DNA from: an uncultured bacterium
Lineage (GTDB): Bacteria > Patescibacteriota > Minisyncoccia > Phycocordibacterales > DATDWN01
Reading direction: 5' to 3'
Assembly (NCBI GenBank): GCA_963727715.1
Contig: CAVSGX010000004.1
Span: 82,582 to 146,581 of the forward strand
Length of the DNA: 64,000 nt
Every line of letters begins with the position of its first letter. The stretch's first letter is position 1. Below the pieces are notes generated by a model. That model saw nothing but the letters and a program-made list of their open reading frames with translations, had not been told where the DNA came from and did no database searches. Positions 34,532-44,678 of the stretch are shown one piece after another. The translations under genes were made by a program, and so were the position numbers.

Positions 34532-35299
34532 TTATTTTTTAGCCACAACTTTTTTCTCCACTTTCTTTTCTGTTTTTTTGACAGATGTTTTTACTGCTTT
34601 AACTTTGACTTCTTTTACGGTTTTCACGGTCTTGGCCTCGCCGAGCTTGCCTGAAATTTGAGCCAAACTTTTCTCCGGGTTTTCAATTATCAAATATTTA
34701 TAATTCAAAAGATCAACCGGATTCAGGTTGCGAACCTCATCAACCAAAACGTTGTTGAAATTGTGAAAACTTTTTTCGGTCGCAGAATCCTTTTTGGAAA
34801 ATGCCAAGATGGCCGAGTTGTTTTTTTTGGAAAGCAAAGTTTCGTAGCCGGAGATTTTGGAAAGTGAGGAAAGAACATCCTTGGCTTCCTTGGTTTTTGG
34901 CGTTCTGAAAGAAATGTCATCAACAAAAATAATTTGGCCATCTTTGTATTTGGCCGACAAAATAGTGTAAAAAGCTTTGGCTTTCATTTTCTTGTTGATT
35001 TTGCGGTCGTAATTTTTGTCATTGCGTGGACCGTGAGTCACTCCGCCGTGAGCCCAGATCGGTGATCGAGTTGAACCGTGTCTGGCTCGGCCGGTGCCTT
35101 TTTGTTGCCAAGGTTTTTTGCCACCGCCGGAAACATCTCCGCGGTTTTTAGTATGAGCTACTGGTGTGCGCTGTGAAGACATCATGGAAGTTACAACCTG
35201 ATGCACCAAGTCAGCGTTCCAAGGCAAGCCGAAAACATTTTCAGCCAGCTGAATTTTTCCTGTTTGTTTTCCTTTTTGATTGTAAATTGTTGCTTCCAT
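34532..35299 (-). CDS. rplD: Ribosomal protein L4, with a Lys-rich C-terminal extension.
   Basis: …GGGKKPWQQKGTGRARHGSTRSPIWAHGGVTHGP…. The tail is KVKAVKTSVKKTEKKVEKKVVAKK. Confidence 0.92.
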   Translation of the reverse strand: MEATIYNQKGKQTGKIQLAENVFGLPWNADLVHQVVTSMMSSQRTPVAHTKNRGDVSGGGKKPWQQKGTGRARHGSTRSPIWAHGGVTHGPRNDKNYDRKINKKMKAKAFYTILSAKYKDGQIIFVDDISFRTPKTKEAKDVLSSLSKISGYETLLSKKNNSAILAFSKKDSATEKSFHNFNNVLVDEVRNLNPVDLLNYKYLIIENPEKSLAQISGKLGEAKTVKTVKEVKVKAVKTSVKKTEKKVEKKVVAKK

Positions 35300-35317
35300 T
35301 TTTTATTTTCAAAAATT

Positions 35318-35929
35318 TTATCCTCTGATTTCCACCAGTGTTCCCTTCCTGCCGGCCACCGCTCCACTAATGAAAATCTCTCCTGTTTCCGGAGAAACTT
35401 TAAGCACGGTCAAACCTTTCGTGGTGATTCTGTCACCACCCATTCTGCCAGCCATGCGTTTGCCTTTGGCCACCCGTCCGCCATCGCGACCAGCGCCACC
35501 GATCGAGCCCGGTTCACGCTCAGAGTGCTTCTGACCGTGACTTCGTGGGCCACCGTGGAAACCATGTCGCTTGACCACACCCTGAAAACCTTTGGCCTTG
35601 GAAATGGAGGAAACGGTCACGGTCTCACCACTTGCGAAAGAAGATAAATCTATTTTGTCTCCCATCGCAAATGTCGCATCACTTCCCGTTTCAAATTCTT
35701 TAAGATAAGCATAGTTGCCACCCTTCATGTGACCTTGCATCGGTTTGTTAACATTTTTGGCGTTGCGTGAGCCATAACCAACTTGAACAGCGTTGTAGCC
35801 GTCTTTTTCCATAGTTTTGATTTGAGTCACGGTCAAAGGCCCGGTTTTCAGAACCGTTACCGGATGAACTACCCCCCCCTCGTCAAAGATTTGGGTCATA
35901 TTCTGTTTTGTGGCCAGCAAGAATTTCAT
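35318..35929 (-). CDS. rplC: Ribosomal protein L3. Start at Met 35929.
   Basis: MKFLLATKQNMTQIFDEGGVVHPVTVL...KAKGFQGVVKRHGF.... Confidence 0.92.
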   Translation of the reverse strand: MKFLLATKQNMTQIFDEGGVVHPVTVLKTGPLTVTQIKTMEKDGYNAVQVGYGSRNAKNVNKPMQGHMKGGNYAYLKEFETGSDATFAMGDKIDLSSFASGETVTVSSISKAKGFQGVVKRHGFHGGPRSHGQKHSEREPGSIGGAGRDGGRVAKGKRMAGRMGGDRITTKGLTVLKVSPETGEIFISGAVAGRKGTLVEIRG

Positions 35930-36064
35930 TTTGGTTCCAAATTTGCAAATTAAAAAGCCCACAGGCAATGTTGGTATCCTAGCAGATATTGATTTTTATT
36001 TCAAGCCCCGTTGTAGTGTTGACTTACGTAACCAAAATAGTACCATAGCTAGCGGAGGTCTGTT

Positions 36065-36292
36065 ATGAAATTAGAATCAATTTGCCGGGGAATGCATGAC
36101 AACCCTAAAGAAACAGTTGTTGATATTGAAATAATAGCGGAGACAGCAGAAGAAGAGGAAATCATTAACAGGGCGGCGACAATGGTGATGGTTCAAGACA
36201 TACAAAGTATGGGTAAGATGAGCCTATCATCCGCTTGTCACCTCGTCGCAAAACGTGCTCTTAGCATAAGTTTCTACAAAAGAACGGTCTAG
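36065..36292 (+). CDS. Small hypothetical acidic protein (75 aa), antisense-embedded between rplC and rpsJ.
   Basis: GGAGG Shine-Dalgarno 6 nt upstream of ATG 36065. Stop codon sits in the loop of a perfect 20-nt palindrome followed by a T-run. Confidence 0.4.
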   Translation: MKLESICRGMHDNPKETVVDIEIIAETAEEEEIINRAATMVMVQDIQSMGKMSLSSACHLVAKRALSISFYKRTV

Positions 36293-36309
36293 ACCGTTCT
36301 TTGTTTTTT
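36279..36309 (+). terminator. Rho-independent terminator of the 75-aa ORF.
   Basis: Perfect palindrome agaacggtctagaccgttct (36281-36300) plus ttgtttttt. Confidence 0.65.
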
Positions 36310-36326
36310 ATAAAATTTTTCCGAGA

Positions 36327-36755
36327 CTAGATTATCTTCACATCTATGTTCACCCCGCTCGGCAGAGACATATTTGTCAGGGCTTCCATGATTTTCGGGT
36401 TCGGATTTAAAATGTCTATCAGTCGCTTATGTATGCGCATCTCAAACTGCTCGCGCGCGTTTTTGAAAATGAAAGACGATCGGCCAACAGTGTATTTCTT
36501 GTTGACAGTCGGCAAAGGTATCGGGCCCAAAACTTTAGCGTCGTAACGTAAAGCCGTGTCAATAATTTGTTTAACGGACAAATCCAAAATCTTGTATTCA
36601 TAAGCCTGCACCCTGATGCGCAGTTTAGAAACCGGCTCGGCTTTGGCTGGAGCTTTGACAGCAGTTTTTCTGACAGCCGGTTTTTTGACTGCAACTTTTT
36701 TCTCAGTCGGTTTCTTTGCAATCATTTTTTTTTCTTTGACTTCTTTTGTAGCCAT
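36327..36755 (-). CDS. rpsJ: Ribosomal protein S10, with a Lys/Ala-rich N-terminal extension. Start 36755 is favoured over the ORF-track 36800 because a TTGACC-17-TAGTAT promoter overlaps 36775-36810.
   Basis: [38 protein letters not shown]...[31 protein letters not shown]. Confidence 0.9.
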   Translation of the reverse strand: MATKEVKEKKMIAKKPTEKKVAVKKPAVRKTAVKAPAKAEPVSKLRIRVQAYEYKILDLSVKQIIDTALRYDAKVLGPIPLPTVNKKYTVGRSSFIFKNAREQFEMRIHKRLIDILNPNPKIMEALTNMSLPSGVNIDVKII

Positions 36756-36829
36756 ATGTTTTGTTTTTTGAATACTAGCAGATAATATTTTTTTGGTCAA
36801 CTTTTTTGTTTGACAAGGTTTTACCCTCC

Positions 36830-37868
36830 TGTTAGTTAACCTTTGAATTTAGACACTCAGTTAGAAATAATTGAGTGATATGAAAACATTTAAACATTTG
36901 TCATACGAGGAAAGAGTTTTGATTTCAGCTTTGTTCTCCGAGGGTTGGAGTGCAAGGAAAATTGGAAAGAAACTTGGCCGGCACCATTCATGCATTGCCT
37001 ACGAAATGAAAAAGAAAGTGAAAGGTTTGTATGTAGCCAAGAAAGCTCACCACAAAACATACTGGAGGAGATATTTAAGCAAGAAGCAGTGTATGAAAGC
37101 TGCTTTGGACAGAGAACTGTCCAAATTCATTCCGGAGAAATTGAAAGAAGGATGGTCGCCGGAGAGAATATCAGGGTATTTCAAACTGCAAGGAAAAAAC
37201 ATCTCAACTAAAGCGGTGTACAAATTCGTGTATTCCAGATGTTTGGAAAGATATCTGTTTTGGAGAAAACACCACAAGAAAAGTGGTTGGAAAAAGAAAA
37301 GATACGGTAAAGCCATCGATGAGAGAAAATACATTGAAGACAGACCGAAAATGGAGAGATCTGGACACTGGGAGGGAGATTTCATTGTCTCATCTCACAA
37401 CGCTTGTTCATTATTTGTCTTGGTTGACCGATATTCCAGAGATACCATCACTCGCAAAATTCCAAACAGAAAGCACGCAACGGTATTGCGTGCTTTCTTG
37501 GATTCTCTGCGTAATATGCCAGTCAAGACAATTACACTAGACAATGATATCGCATTTAATTGTTGGAGGAAACTGGAAAAACAACTAAAATGTTCGATAT
37601 ATTTCTGTCACCCATATCACTCCTGGGAAAAGGGTTTGGTTGAAAATACAAACAAATGGATCAGGGTGTTTGTTCCAAAGAGAAAAGATTTGAGAGAAGT
37701 CACAGAAGAAGAGCTTCGTTCAATTGAAAAGTTTTTAAACGAAATTCCTCGTCAATGTCTTGGATTTAGGACAGCAAAAGAGGTATTATTAGATTCAATG
37801 AAGTGTCTAAATTGAGGGGTGCGGAAACGTCCTCGCTATAATACAGGTATTACAATTAACTAAAATAC
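36830..37868 (+). mobile_element. IS30-family insertion sequence, copy B, inserted between tuf and rpsJ. Putative terminal inverted repeats ttagttaacctttgaattt / aattaactaaaatact.
   Basis: Carries the transposase at 36871-37815. Ends are approximate. Confidence 0.55.
36871..37815 (+). CDS. IS30-family DDE transposase (intact).
   Basis: N-terminal HTH (LSYEERVLISALFSEGWSARKIGKKLGRHHSCIAYEMKK). DDE core ...HWEGDFIVS...TLDNDIAFNCW...HPYHSWEKGLVENTN. Confidence 0.85.
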   Translation: MSDMKTFKHLSYEERVLISALFSEGWSARKIGKKLGRHHSCIAYEMKKKVKGLYVAKKAHHKTYWRRYLSKKQCMKAALDRELSKFIPEKLKEGWSPERISGYFKLQGKNISTKAVYKFVYSRCLERYLFWRKHHKKSGWKKKRYGKAIDERKYIEDRPKMERSGHWEGDFIVSSHNACSLFVLVDRYSRDTITRKIPNRKHATVLRAFLDSLRNMPVKTITLDNDIAFNCWRKLEKQLKCSIYFCHPYHSWEKGLVENTNKWIRVFVPKRKDLREVTEEELRSIEKFLNEIPRQCLGFRTAKEVLLDSMKCLN

Positions 37869-37869
37869 T

Positions 37870-38196
37870 ATGGGGATGGAATCATTTGGGGAAACAACTC
37901 CTGCTCCACAAGAAGAGACACCAGCGGTAGAAGGAGTTGTGAATGAAAAAAGTGCGACAGAAAAAGGGCTAGACGATGAAAGACAATTACTCAAATATTG
38001 TGATGAAGAAATGCAGAATATGCAACAAAGATACGAGAATTATATGAGGTCGTCAAAAGATCCCGATAACATAAAAGCTGGTGAGGATTTCAGAAATGCG
38101 CAAGCATGTTTAAGGGAGGTGAAAAATTGGAAAACAAAGATTGATGAACATAATATAAATGTAGAAAGATTGGAAGCAAAATTAAACATGCAATAA
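37870..38196 (+). CDS. Hypothetical acidic coiled-coil protein (108 aa) abutting the IS30 right end.
   Basis: ORF followed by a strong terminator. No motifs. Confidence 0.35.
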   Translation: MGMESFGETTPAPQEETPAVEGVVNEKSATEKGLDDERQLLKYCDEEMQNMQQRYENYMRSSKDPDNIKAGEDFRNAQACLREVKNWKTKIDEHNINVERLEAKLNMQ

Positions 38197-38211
38197 TGTA
38201 AAGATACTATC

Positions 38212-38240
38212 AAAAAACCACCGGGAGGTGGTTTTTTGAT
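38212..38240. terminator. Bidirectional rho-independent terminator (3' of the 108-aa ORF on plus and of tuf on minus).
   Basis: aaaaaaccacc-ggga-ggtggttttttga. Confidence 0.8.
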
Positions 38241-38263
38241 TTTGCGCACTCGCACTTTTTTAC

Positions 38264-39460
<1,197 letters not shown>

Positions 39461-39553
39461 ATAATTTTTATAATTAAATAATAATTTTTGTTCCGAGCTA
39501 ACTGCAAAAGCACAATACTCGAGAAGTGACTGTGCCCTAGCAATTAGCGACTA

Positions 39554-39626
39554 TATCCGCACACTAAGTCTGCCATCGCTTCGCCGTGTTTTGAAAAAAC
39601 ACAATGGCAAACTTAGTGTGCGGATG
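39554..39626. repeat. Palindromic structured element, family 2, copy 2 (~95 nt upstream of tuf).
   Basis: ccgcacactaagtctgccat...atggcaaacttagtgtgcgg with inner gtgttttgaaaaaacac. It differs from copy 1 by paired compensatory substitutions. Confidence 0.8.
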
Positions 39627-39772
39627 AAAACAAAAGTACCGCTAAAACGCGATAATATATATATTATACAAAATCAAAAGTAATGTCAACAAAAAATATA
39701 AAAATCAGCCGCACCTTGTGAGATGCGGCCGTGACCAAATGGTCAAGTGTTAGGGAAAGAACTGGTGCGATG

Positions 39773-40543
39773 TCAGCGGGTCTGACGCTGGCGGTTGAGA
39801 CTGACCATCCAGGTCTGACTATCGACCCGTTGGTAGTAATTGTTCCGGTTCAAGTAAACCGAGAACTGCGCGGTGGCGATGCCACCGTCCGCCGGACGAG
39901 CAACCGCAGTCAGCTGAATCGGCACATTGTCCGAGTCGAGAAGCCCAAGAAAGAAAGTCATGGTCATCGAACCTCTCGGGCAGAGGTTGCGCGCCACAAC
40001 ACCTTTAGAACTCGCGATCTCAATCGGCAACGCGCTTGTGTTGACGACACGCACCACCACCGACTGGTAAATCCGCGTCACCCAGTGCGGAGGTTCAACC
40101 TCCGGATTGACCCAGAAGTTTCCGTCGGGGCACCCGGTGATTTGCGCGTCCGCGATGACCCGCCTAGCTTCGCGCTTGATCTTCGCCTGTTGTTTCTCCT
40201 CGTGAGCGATTTGCCTTTCGGCTTGCTTCATCGCCGGAGACTCGGCCTTGTGCGCTTCGCGCTCGGCCTTTTTCAGGTTAGCGTTGGCTTCGATGGCAAG
40301 TGCCCTCAGGCGAACGATCTTCTCCCGATCGGTCTCGCCGGCGGGTGCTGTTGTCGGCGTTGTGTTCTTTTTTGATTCCTTCTCCTTCTTGACTTTGGTG
40401 GTCTTACCGGCCACCTTGTCCAACTCGCTTTGGAGCGCCGGCGTCTGAGCTTGCGCCCAAACTGCACCGGAAAAAGAAAAGAAAATGACTATGGTTGCGA
40501 CCGTCAAATTTGATTTGTGCATGGCTTGTACCTCTACTGACAA
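39773..40543 (-). CDS. Secreted hypothetical protein with a coiled-coil region, encoded in a GC-rich island (~39730-40545).
   Basis: Signal peptide MHKSNLTVATIVIFFSFSGAVWAQA. Lys/Glu-rich coiled-coil. GC content visibly higher than the flanking DNA. Confidence 0.55.
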   Translation of the reverse strand: MSVEVQAMHKSNLTVATIVIFFSFSGAVWAQAQTPALQSELDKVAGKTTKVKKEKESKKNTTPTTAPAGETDREKIVRLRALAIEANANLKKAEREAHKAESPAMKQAERQIAHEEKQQAKIKREARRVIADAQITGCPDGNFWVNPEVEPPHWVTRIYQSVVVRVVNTSALPIEIASSKGVVARNLCPRGSMTMTFFLGLLDSDNVPIQLTAVARPADGGIATAQFSVYLNRNNYYQRVDSQTWMVSLNRQRQTR

Positions 40544-40584
40544 TTATACACCTTTTCACATTTTTTGTCAAGTTCAATTTACAG

Positions 40585-40617
40585 CAAAAATCTGGCTCAA
40601 CAAGGCCAGATTTTTGT
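40585..40617. terminator. Bidirectional intrinsic terminator.
   Basis: aaaaatctggc-tcaacaag-gccagatttttg. Confidence 0.6.
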
Positions 40618-40619
40618 AA

Positions 40620-40795
40620 TAAGCAGATTCAAATAAGAAAATACTTTTCCGGCACATCGCGCAAGAGGTTAGAAAACAACGACGTAGGCCTGAGTATACA
40701 GGCCGAGGAGAATTGTTTTCTTGACCGACGAGCGGGAAGAAAAATCGCACCAGCGATTTATTCTGGTGACGGAAAAGTATTTTCTTATTTGAGAC
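40620..40795. repeat. Long inverted-repeat element: ~26-bp perfect arms aataagaaaatacttttccg / cggaaaagtattttcttatt flanking a ~120-nt core.
   Basis: Arms read directly from the sequence. The core is distinct from family 1 but the architecture is similar. Confidence 0.6.
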
Positions 40796-40808
40796 AGATG
40801 CATCCCAA

Positions 40809-41108
40809 CTAAGCGACCGGCACAAGCAAATCTTCTTTCAATTTTGCCACTTCTTCTTGTCGCATTTGCTCAAATGTCGGAATTTTGCTGGCCAAAAATT
40901 TCAAAACATCTTGTGGAGTAGTGGTGTCTTCATCCAAAAGCAAATCGAGCTCGGTCTGTTCTTTCTCGGACAAAATATCCAGCGAGCGAACCATTACGGC
41001 CTGATACAGAAGCCGGCCGATGCGATCCACCATTTCAACCTGCTTCATCTCCGGAAGATTCTGCAATCCCCACTCAGTGATCATTTCTTTTGATAAAATA
41101 TTTTGCAT
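40809..41108 (-). CDS. Hypothetical protein (99 aa).
   Basis: ORF downstream of the giant gene. No motifs. Confidence 0.35.
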   Translation of the reverse strand: MQNILSKEMITEWGLQNLPEMKQVEMVDRIGRLLYQAVMVRSLDILSEKEQTELDLLLDEDTTTPQDVLKFLASKIPTFEQMRQEEVAKLKEDLLVPVA

Positions 41109-41176
41109 TTGTTGAGTTTAATTATATCAAATCGACAAAATCACTTTTTTAATCACTTGTTAATAACTTTTTCAAA

Positions 41177-44100
41177 TTAATTATGTTTTGTCGCCATTAG
41201 GAGTGCGGTCTTAAAACTTTTTTTGGCCAGTTTGAAAGCTCTATCATATACGGTGTCGGCCATCAAAAAGTTGTGGTGAAGTTTTGGATCAAGGTTAAGT
41301 TTCAAACCTTTTTCTGTTAACAAACCTTTGGCAATTTCCTTGCCGTTGAGAAGAGCATGGATTTCGTCCGGATGACCCGGGACACCATGAATGAGACTTA
41401 ATCTGCCATTTTCAAACGCAAAGTTGGTTGTACTCTTTGGGACCGGGATGTTCATTCTGTCTTGAGCTATGACAAAAGCCTCACGAATCGGTGCGCTTTT
41501 TGGTCCATCTTGGAATCTATCGAGTAGTTGCATCCCGCTTGCGCCATTTGGCAATTTGACGGACTGTGCTACCGCTTCACCCTGAACAAAAATTTGTTTT
41601 TGTCCCCCGGCCACTTCAACAACACTCGTATGAAATTTCCCTTCTGCACCATTTGCTGCTTTGACAATGTGATCAAACTCAATGGCACCGGGCGTTTTAG
41701 GTGTGTTGGCTAGATTTTCGCCGACATGAGAAAAATTATGGATGTTGACCGGAGCGTGCGCTAAATCGGTATCAACCGGTTTGGAAAAATCAAGTGGTTT
41801 ATAATTTCCTGACACCTTATACGGTTCTGACACCAAAAATTCATTTTGGGGCTCGGTAACATCGGCAGGTTTCGGCGCCACAATTTCGTGCGGAACTGGC
41901 GCTTTCGGAGCAAACATTTTGTCGGAGTGTAGTGATTCAAAATTGTGCTCGCCTGTGCCAATAATTTCTGTTGGCTTGCCGGCGGCGGTTAGGTGTTCCA
42001 ATTTCAAATGACCTTCAGCGTCAACAGCCAAAGCTTCGCCTTTCAGCCCCATCGCGCTCGTGCCATGTTTGGCATCCCAAAAGCCATACTCTTGTGCCAG
42101 TTTGGTGCTCGGAGTTTCCACAAAATGTTTAACACCAGCCGGCATTTTACCCGCGTCAGGATATTGCGCTTTCAGTTTGTCTTTCATATCGTCAAATGTC
42201 TGGATAAATCCGCGGGAAGAAAGTTTGACTTCAACCACATTGGTCGCCTCCGGCATCTTCGGTCCAAGCGGAGGAGTAGCAACTTTGGGAGCGGGCGGCT
42301 GAGTGACGACTTCAGATACTTTCGGCGCAGGTGGTGTTTCGGCGGGCATTGTTAGTTTGACGGTTGGTGGCGCTTCGGTTAGAACAGGAGGTTTTGCTAC
42401 GGTTGGAGTTTCAGCCGGCATAGCTGGCTTTGCCGTGACAACTTCGGCGTGCGTTGTCCCGGTTTTTGGTGTGTTTTCAGAGTGGAACATTTTGTAAAAG
42501 AAACCATGTTGTCCAGATTGGACAGCGCCCGGAACATTGCCAAATTGATTGGCCATGGTTAAATCAGTGGCTATATTGACCCCGGCGCCGACAGCCACCA
42601 TAACCGCAGCCTTTTTTAAAATGCCACGCTTTTTTCTGTTTTCTTCTTTCTCTTTCAATCCCATCAACTCTTTTTCTTTGATTTCATAATTGTCTTCAGT
42701 CAATCCTTCAGCATATCTTCTCAAATTTTTTTGTTTCTTCCTTTCCAAACTCCATTTGGTGATTGAATCCACACCTTTGCCTGCCGCTTGACCAGCCAAA
42801 GCGCCGCTAAGAGATCTCGCCCCTCTGTAAGCCAAAGTTGTGCCGATACCAACAGTAGCCACAGTGCCGAGAGTCATACCAAGGCCAGTCATAACAGCCG
42901 TAGTCAAAGCGATTCTGGCCGGCAAAGGCAACTTGGCCCATTTTTCAAATGATTTGCCAATAATTCCCTTCTCCAAAGGCGGGACATTCTCGGCGATTCT
43001 TTTTTGCAAAACTTCCCATTCCTTTTCGGCTTGAGTAATAGCTCTACACTTGAAAATTGCGGATGCTTTTTCTTCATTTGACAAATTTTCATCCAAACCA
43101 AGATCATTTATTTCTTTTTCAATCCCGGGCATCGAAAAAATTTCTTCCATCTTTTTTTTCTTGGATTGGATATAGACGGCTTCGGCCGCTTCTAGTCGAA
43201 CTTTGACTTCTGTCATGTCTTGCGGAGTAACCTTATCAAATCTGTGAAATATTTCGTCTATTTTTTCTTCTAGACCAACTTTGGACGCCAAACCCCTGGT
43301 GGTTCTGTGGATAAAACTTCTGTTATTCATTATGTCCTCAGTTGTCTCACCTAAGCCTACACTGTTGGCCAAATCACTGGCTTGTTTATAAACCCATTTT
43401 TTCTTTTCCCGATTTTTATTTTTAAACTCCACCAAAACACTGGCATAAGTACCTCGCGCCTCGGCCAATTCCATGTCCACTTCGGAAAGTGCTTCCGCCA
43501 CTAGTGGAGCATTTTCAACCGCCCCAGACAGCACCGGCTCAGGTGGTAATGGACCAGCTACTGGTATTACTTCCGGACTGGCAGAAGGTTGCGGGGTTAC
43601 TTCCTCTTCTTGCCCAGGTTGCTGAAATTCTTCTTCATATTCGGCAAACTCATCAATACCAAAAATACCAAACAGTTCTCTCCTTTCGGCTTTACTTAGG
43701 TGACCTTTCTCAAGGTCAAAATCAATTTCTCTTTCCAATCCTTTTTTCTTGGATTCATACGGCTCAGAACTTCTGGAGGATTCTTCTATGATTGTAATGA
43801 GATTCCCTAAATTGGAATGATCTTCACTCTTGGACAAGGTTACCAAAAATTCAACGGCCTTTTCATATCTCTCTGATTCAGGATTTTCTTTTTGTTCTTC
43901 CGTTGTTTCAAAATTTTTACCGGCAGTTTTCACTGATGTTAACGGTTCTGTCGGTTCTACTTCCGTTTCCGAAGCTGGAATAACAGGTGGAAAAGGTAGG
44001 AAATCTTTGTTTGACACACTCGGAGAATTATCTTCAACTGGGGCTGACTCTTCTTCTGCTGTTATTATCGGCTCAACAATATGTTCAGAAGTTATTGGTT

Positions 44101-44482
44101 GATTTCCATTTAAGGCTTCAATTATTTTTTCATACCCCTTTATTTTTTCAACAAAACTGGACGCCCTTTCTTTTTTTTCTTCTTCATTATAATCGTTATT
44201 AGACAAAATAAATTCCAAAGTCCTTCTATCATTTGCAAGTCTTTCTTCAAAAAATTTTACTGGGTTAGATTCTAATGTAGATATTTCCCCCCGACAAAAT
44301 TCAACCATTCTTTCATCGTTTTTTGCACCAAAATGTACTAGTTGTTCTTTGTATCTTTGAAGTTCTTCATTAATACGAACCGTGACAAATTCTGGTCTGT
44401 GTTCCCTAGGATTCATATGATCCTCCAATTCTTGTTTGAGCGCCTTTGGATCTATATTTAAAGCATTTGGAGACTCCATGTT
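41177..44482 (-). CDS. Giant hypothetical protein (~1100 aa): acidic coiled-coil N-terminal half, Pro-rich linkers, two or more TM segments in the middle, C-terminal globular part. The start is uncertain (44482 or 44539).
   Basis: Hydrophobic segments LTTAVMTGLGMTLGTVATVGIGTTLAY and AAVMVAVGAGVNIATDL. Low-complexity PAPK/PPAP repeats. No catalytic motifs recognised. Confidence 0.5.
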   Translation of the reverse strand, partial: NMESPNALNIDPKALKQELEDHMNPREHRPEFVTVRINEELQRYKEQLVHFGAKNDERMVEFCRGEISTLESNPVKFFEERLANDRRTLEFILSNNDYNEEEKKERASSFVEKIKGYEKIIEALNGNQPITSEHIVEPIITAEEESAPVEDNSPSVSNKDFLPFPPVIPASETEVEPTEPLTSVKTAGKNFETTEEQKENPESERYEKAVEFLVTLSKSEDHSNLGNLITIIEESSRSSEPYESKKKGLEREIDFDLEKGHLSKAERRELFGIFGIDEFAEYEEEFQQPGQEEEVTPQPSASPEVIPVAGPLPPEPVLSGAVENAPLVAEALSEVDMELAEARGTYASVLVEFKNKNREKKKWVYKQASDLANSVGLGETTEDIMNNRSFIHRTTRGLASKVGLEEKIDEIFHRFDKVTPQDMTEVKVRLEAAEAVYIQSKKKKMEEIFSMPGIEKEINDLGLDENLSNEEKASAIFKCRAITQAEKEWEVLQKRIAENVPPLEKGIIGKSFEKWAKLPLPARIALTTAVMTGLGMTLGTVATVGIGTTLAYRGARSLSGALAGQAAGKGVDSITKWSLERKKQKNLRRYAEGLTEDNYEIKEKELMGLKEKEENRKKRGILKKAAVMVAVGAGVNIATDLTMANQFGNVPGAVQSGQHGFFYKMFHSENTPKTGTTHAEVVTAKPAMPAETPTVAKPPVLTEAPPTVKLTMPAETPPAPKVSEVVTQPPAPKVATPPLGPKMPEATNVVEVKLSSRGFIQTFDDMKDKLKAQYPDAGKMPAGVKHFVETPSTKLAQEYGFWDAKHGTSAMGLKGEALAVDAEGHLKLEHLTAAGKPTEIIGTGEHNFESLHSDKMFAPKAPVPHEIVAPKPADVTEPQNEFLVSEPYKVSGNYKPLDFSKPVDTDLAHAPVNIHNFSHVGENLANTPKTPGAIEFDHIVKAANGAEGKFHTSVVEVAGGQKQIFVQGEAVAQSVKLPNGASGMQLLDRFQDGPKSAPIREAFVIAQDRMNIPVPKSTTNFAFENGRLSLIHGVPGHPDEIHALLNGKEIAKGLLTEKGLKLNLDPKLHHNFLMADTVYDRAFKLAKKSFKTALLMATKHN

Positions 44483-44678
44483 GCTTTCATTATATTCCCC
44501 TATAAAAATATTCGCAACAAAAAAGATCCTATTTTGCATTTCTCGAAAAGCAATCTGTCTAGCCCTGCTGGGCTAGTGAACTTCTCGTCGTCCAAGAAAA
44601 CAATCCACGGATTACCGTGGTTGTTTTCTAAACTCCTGCGAAAGGCTTTTCTTGAAACACAAAAAGGATTTGCGTGAA

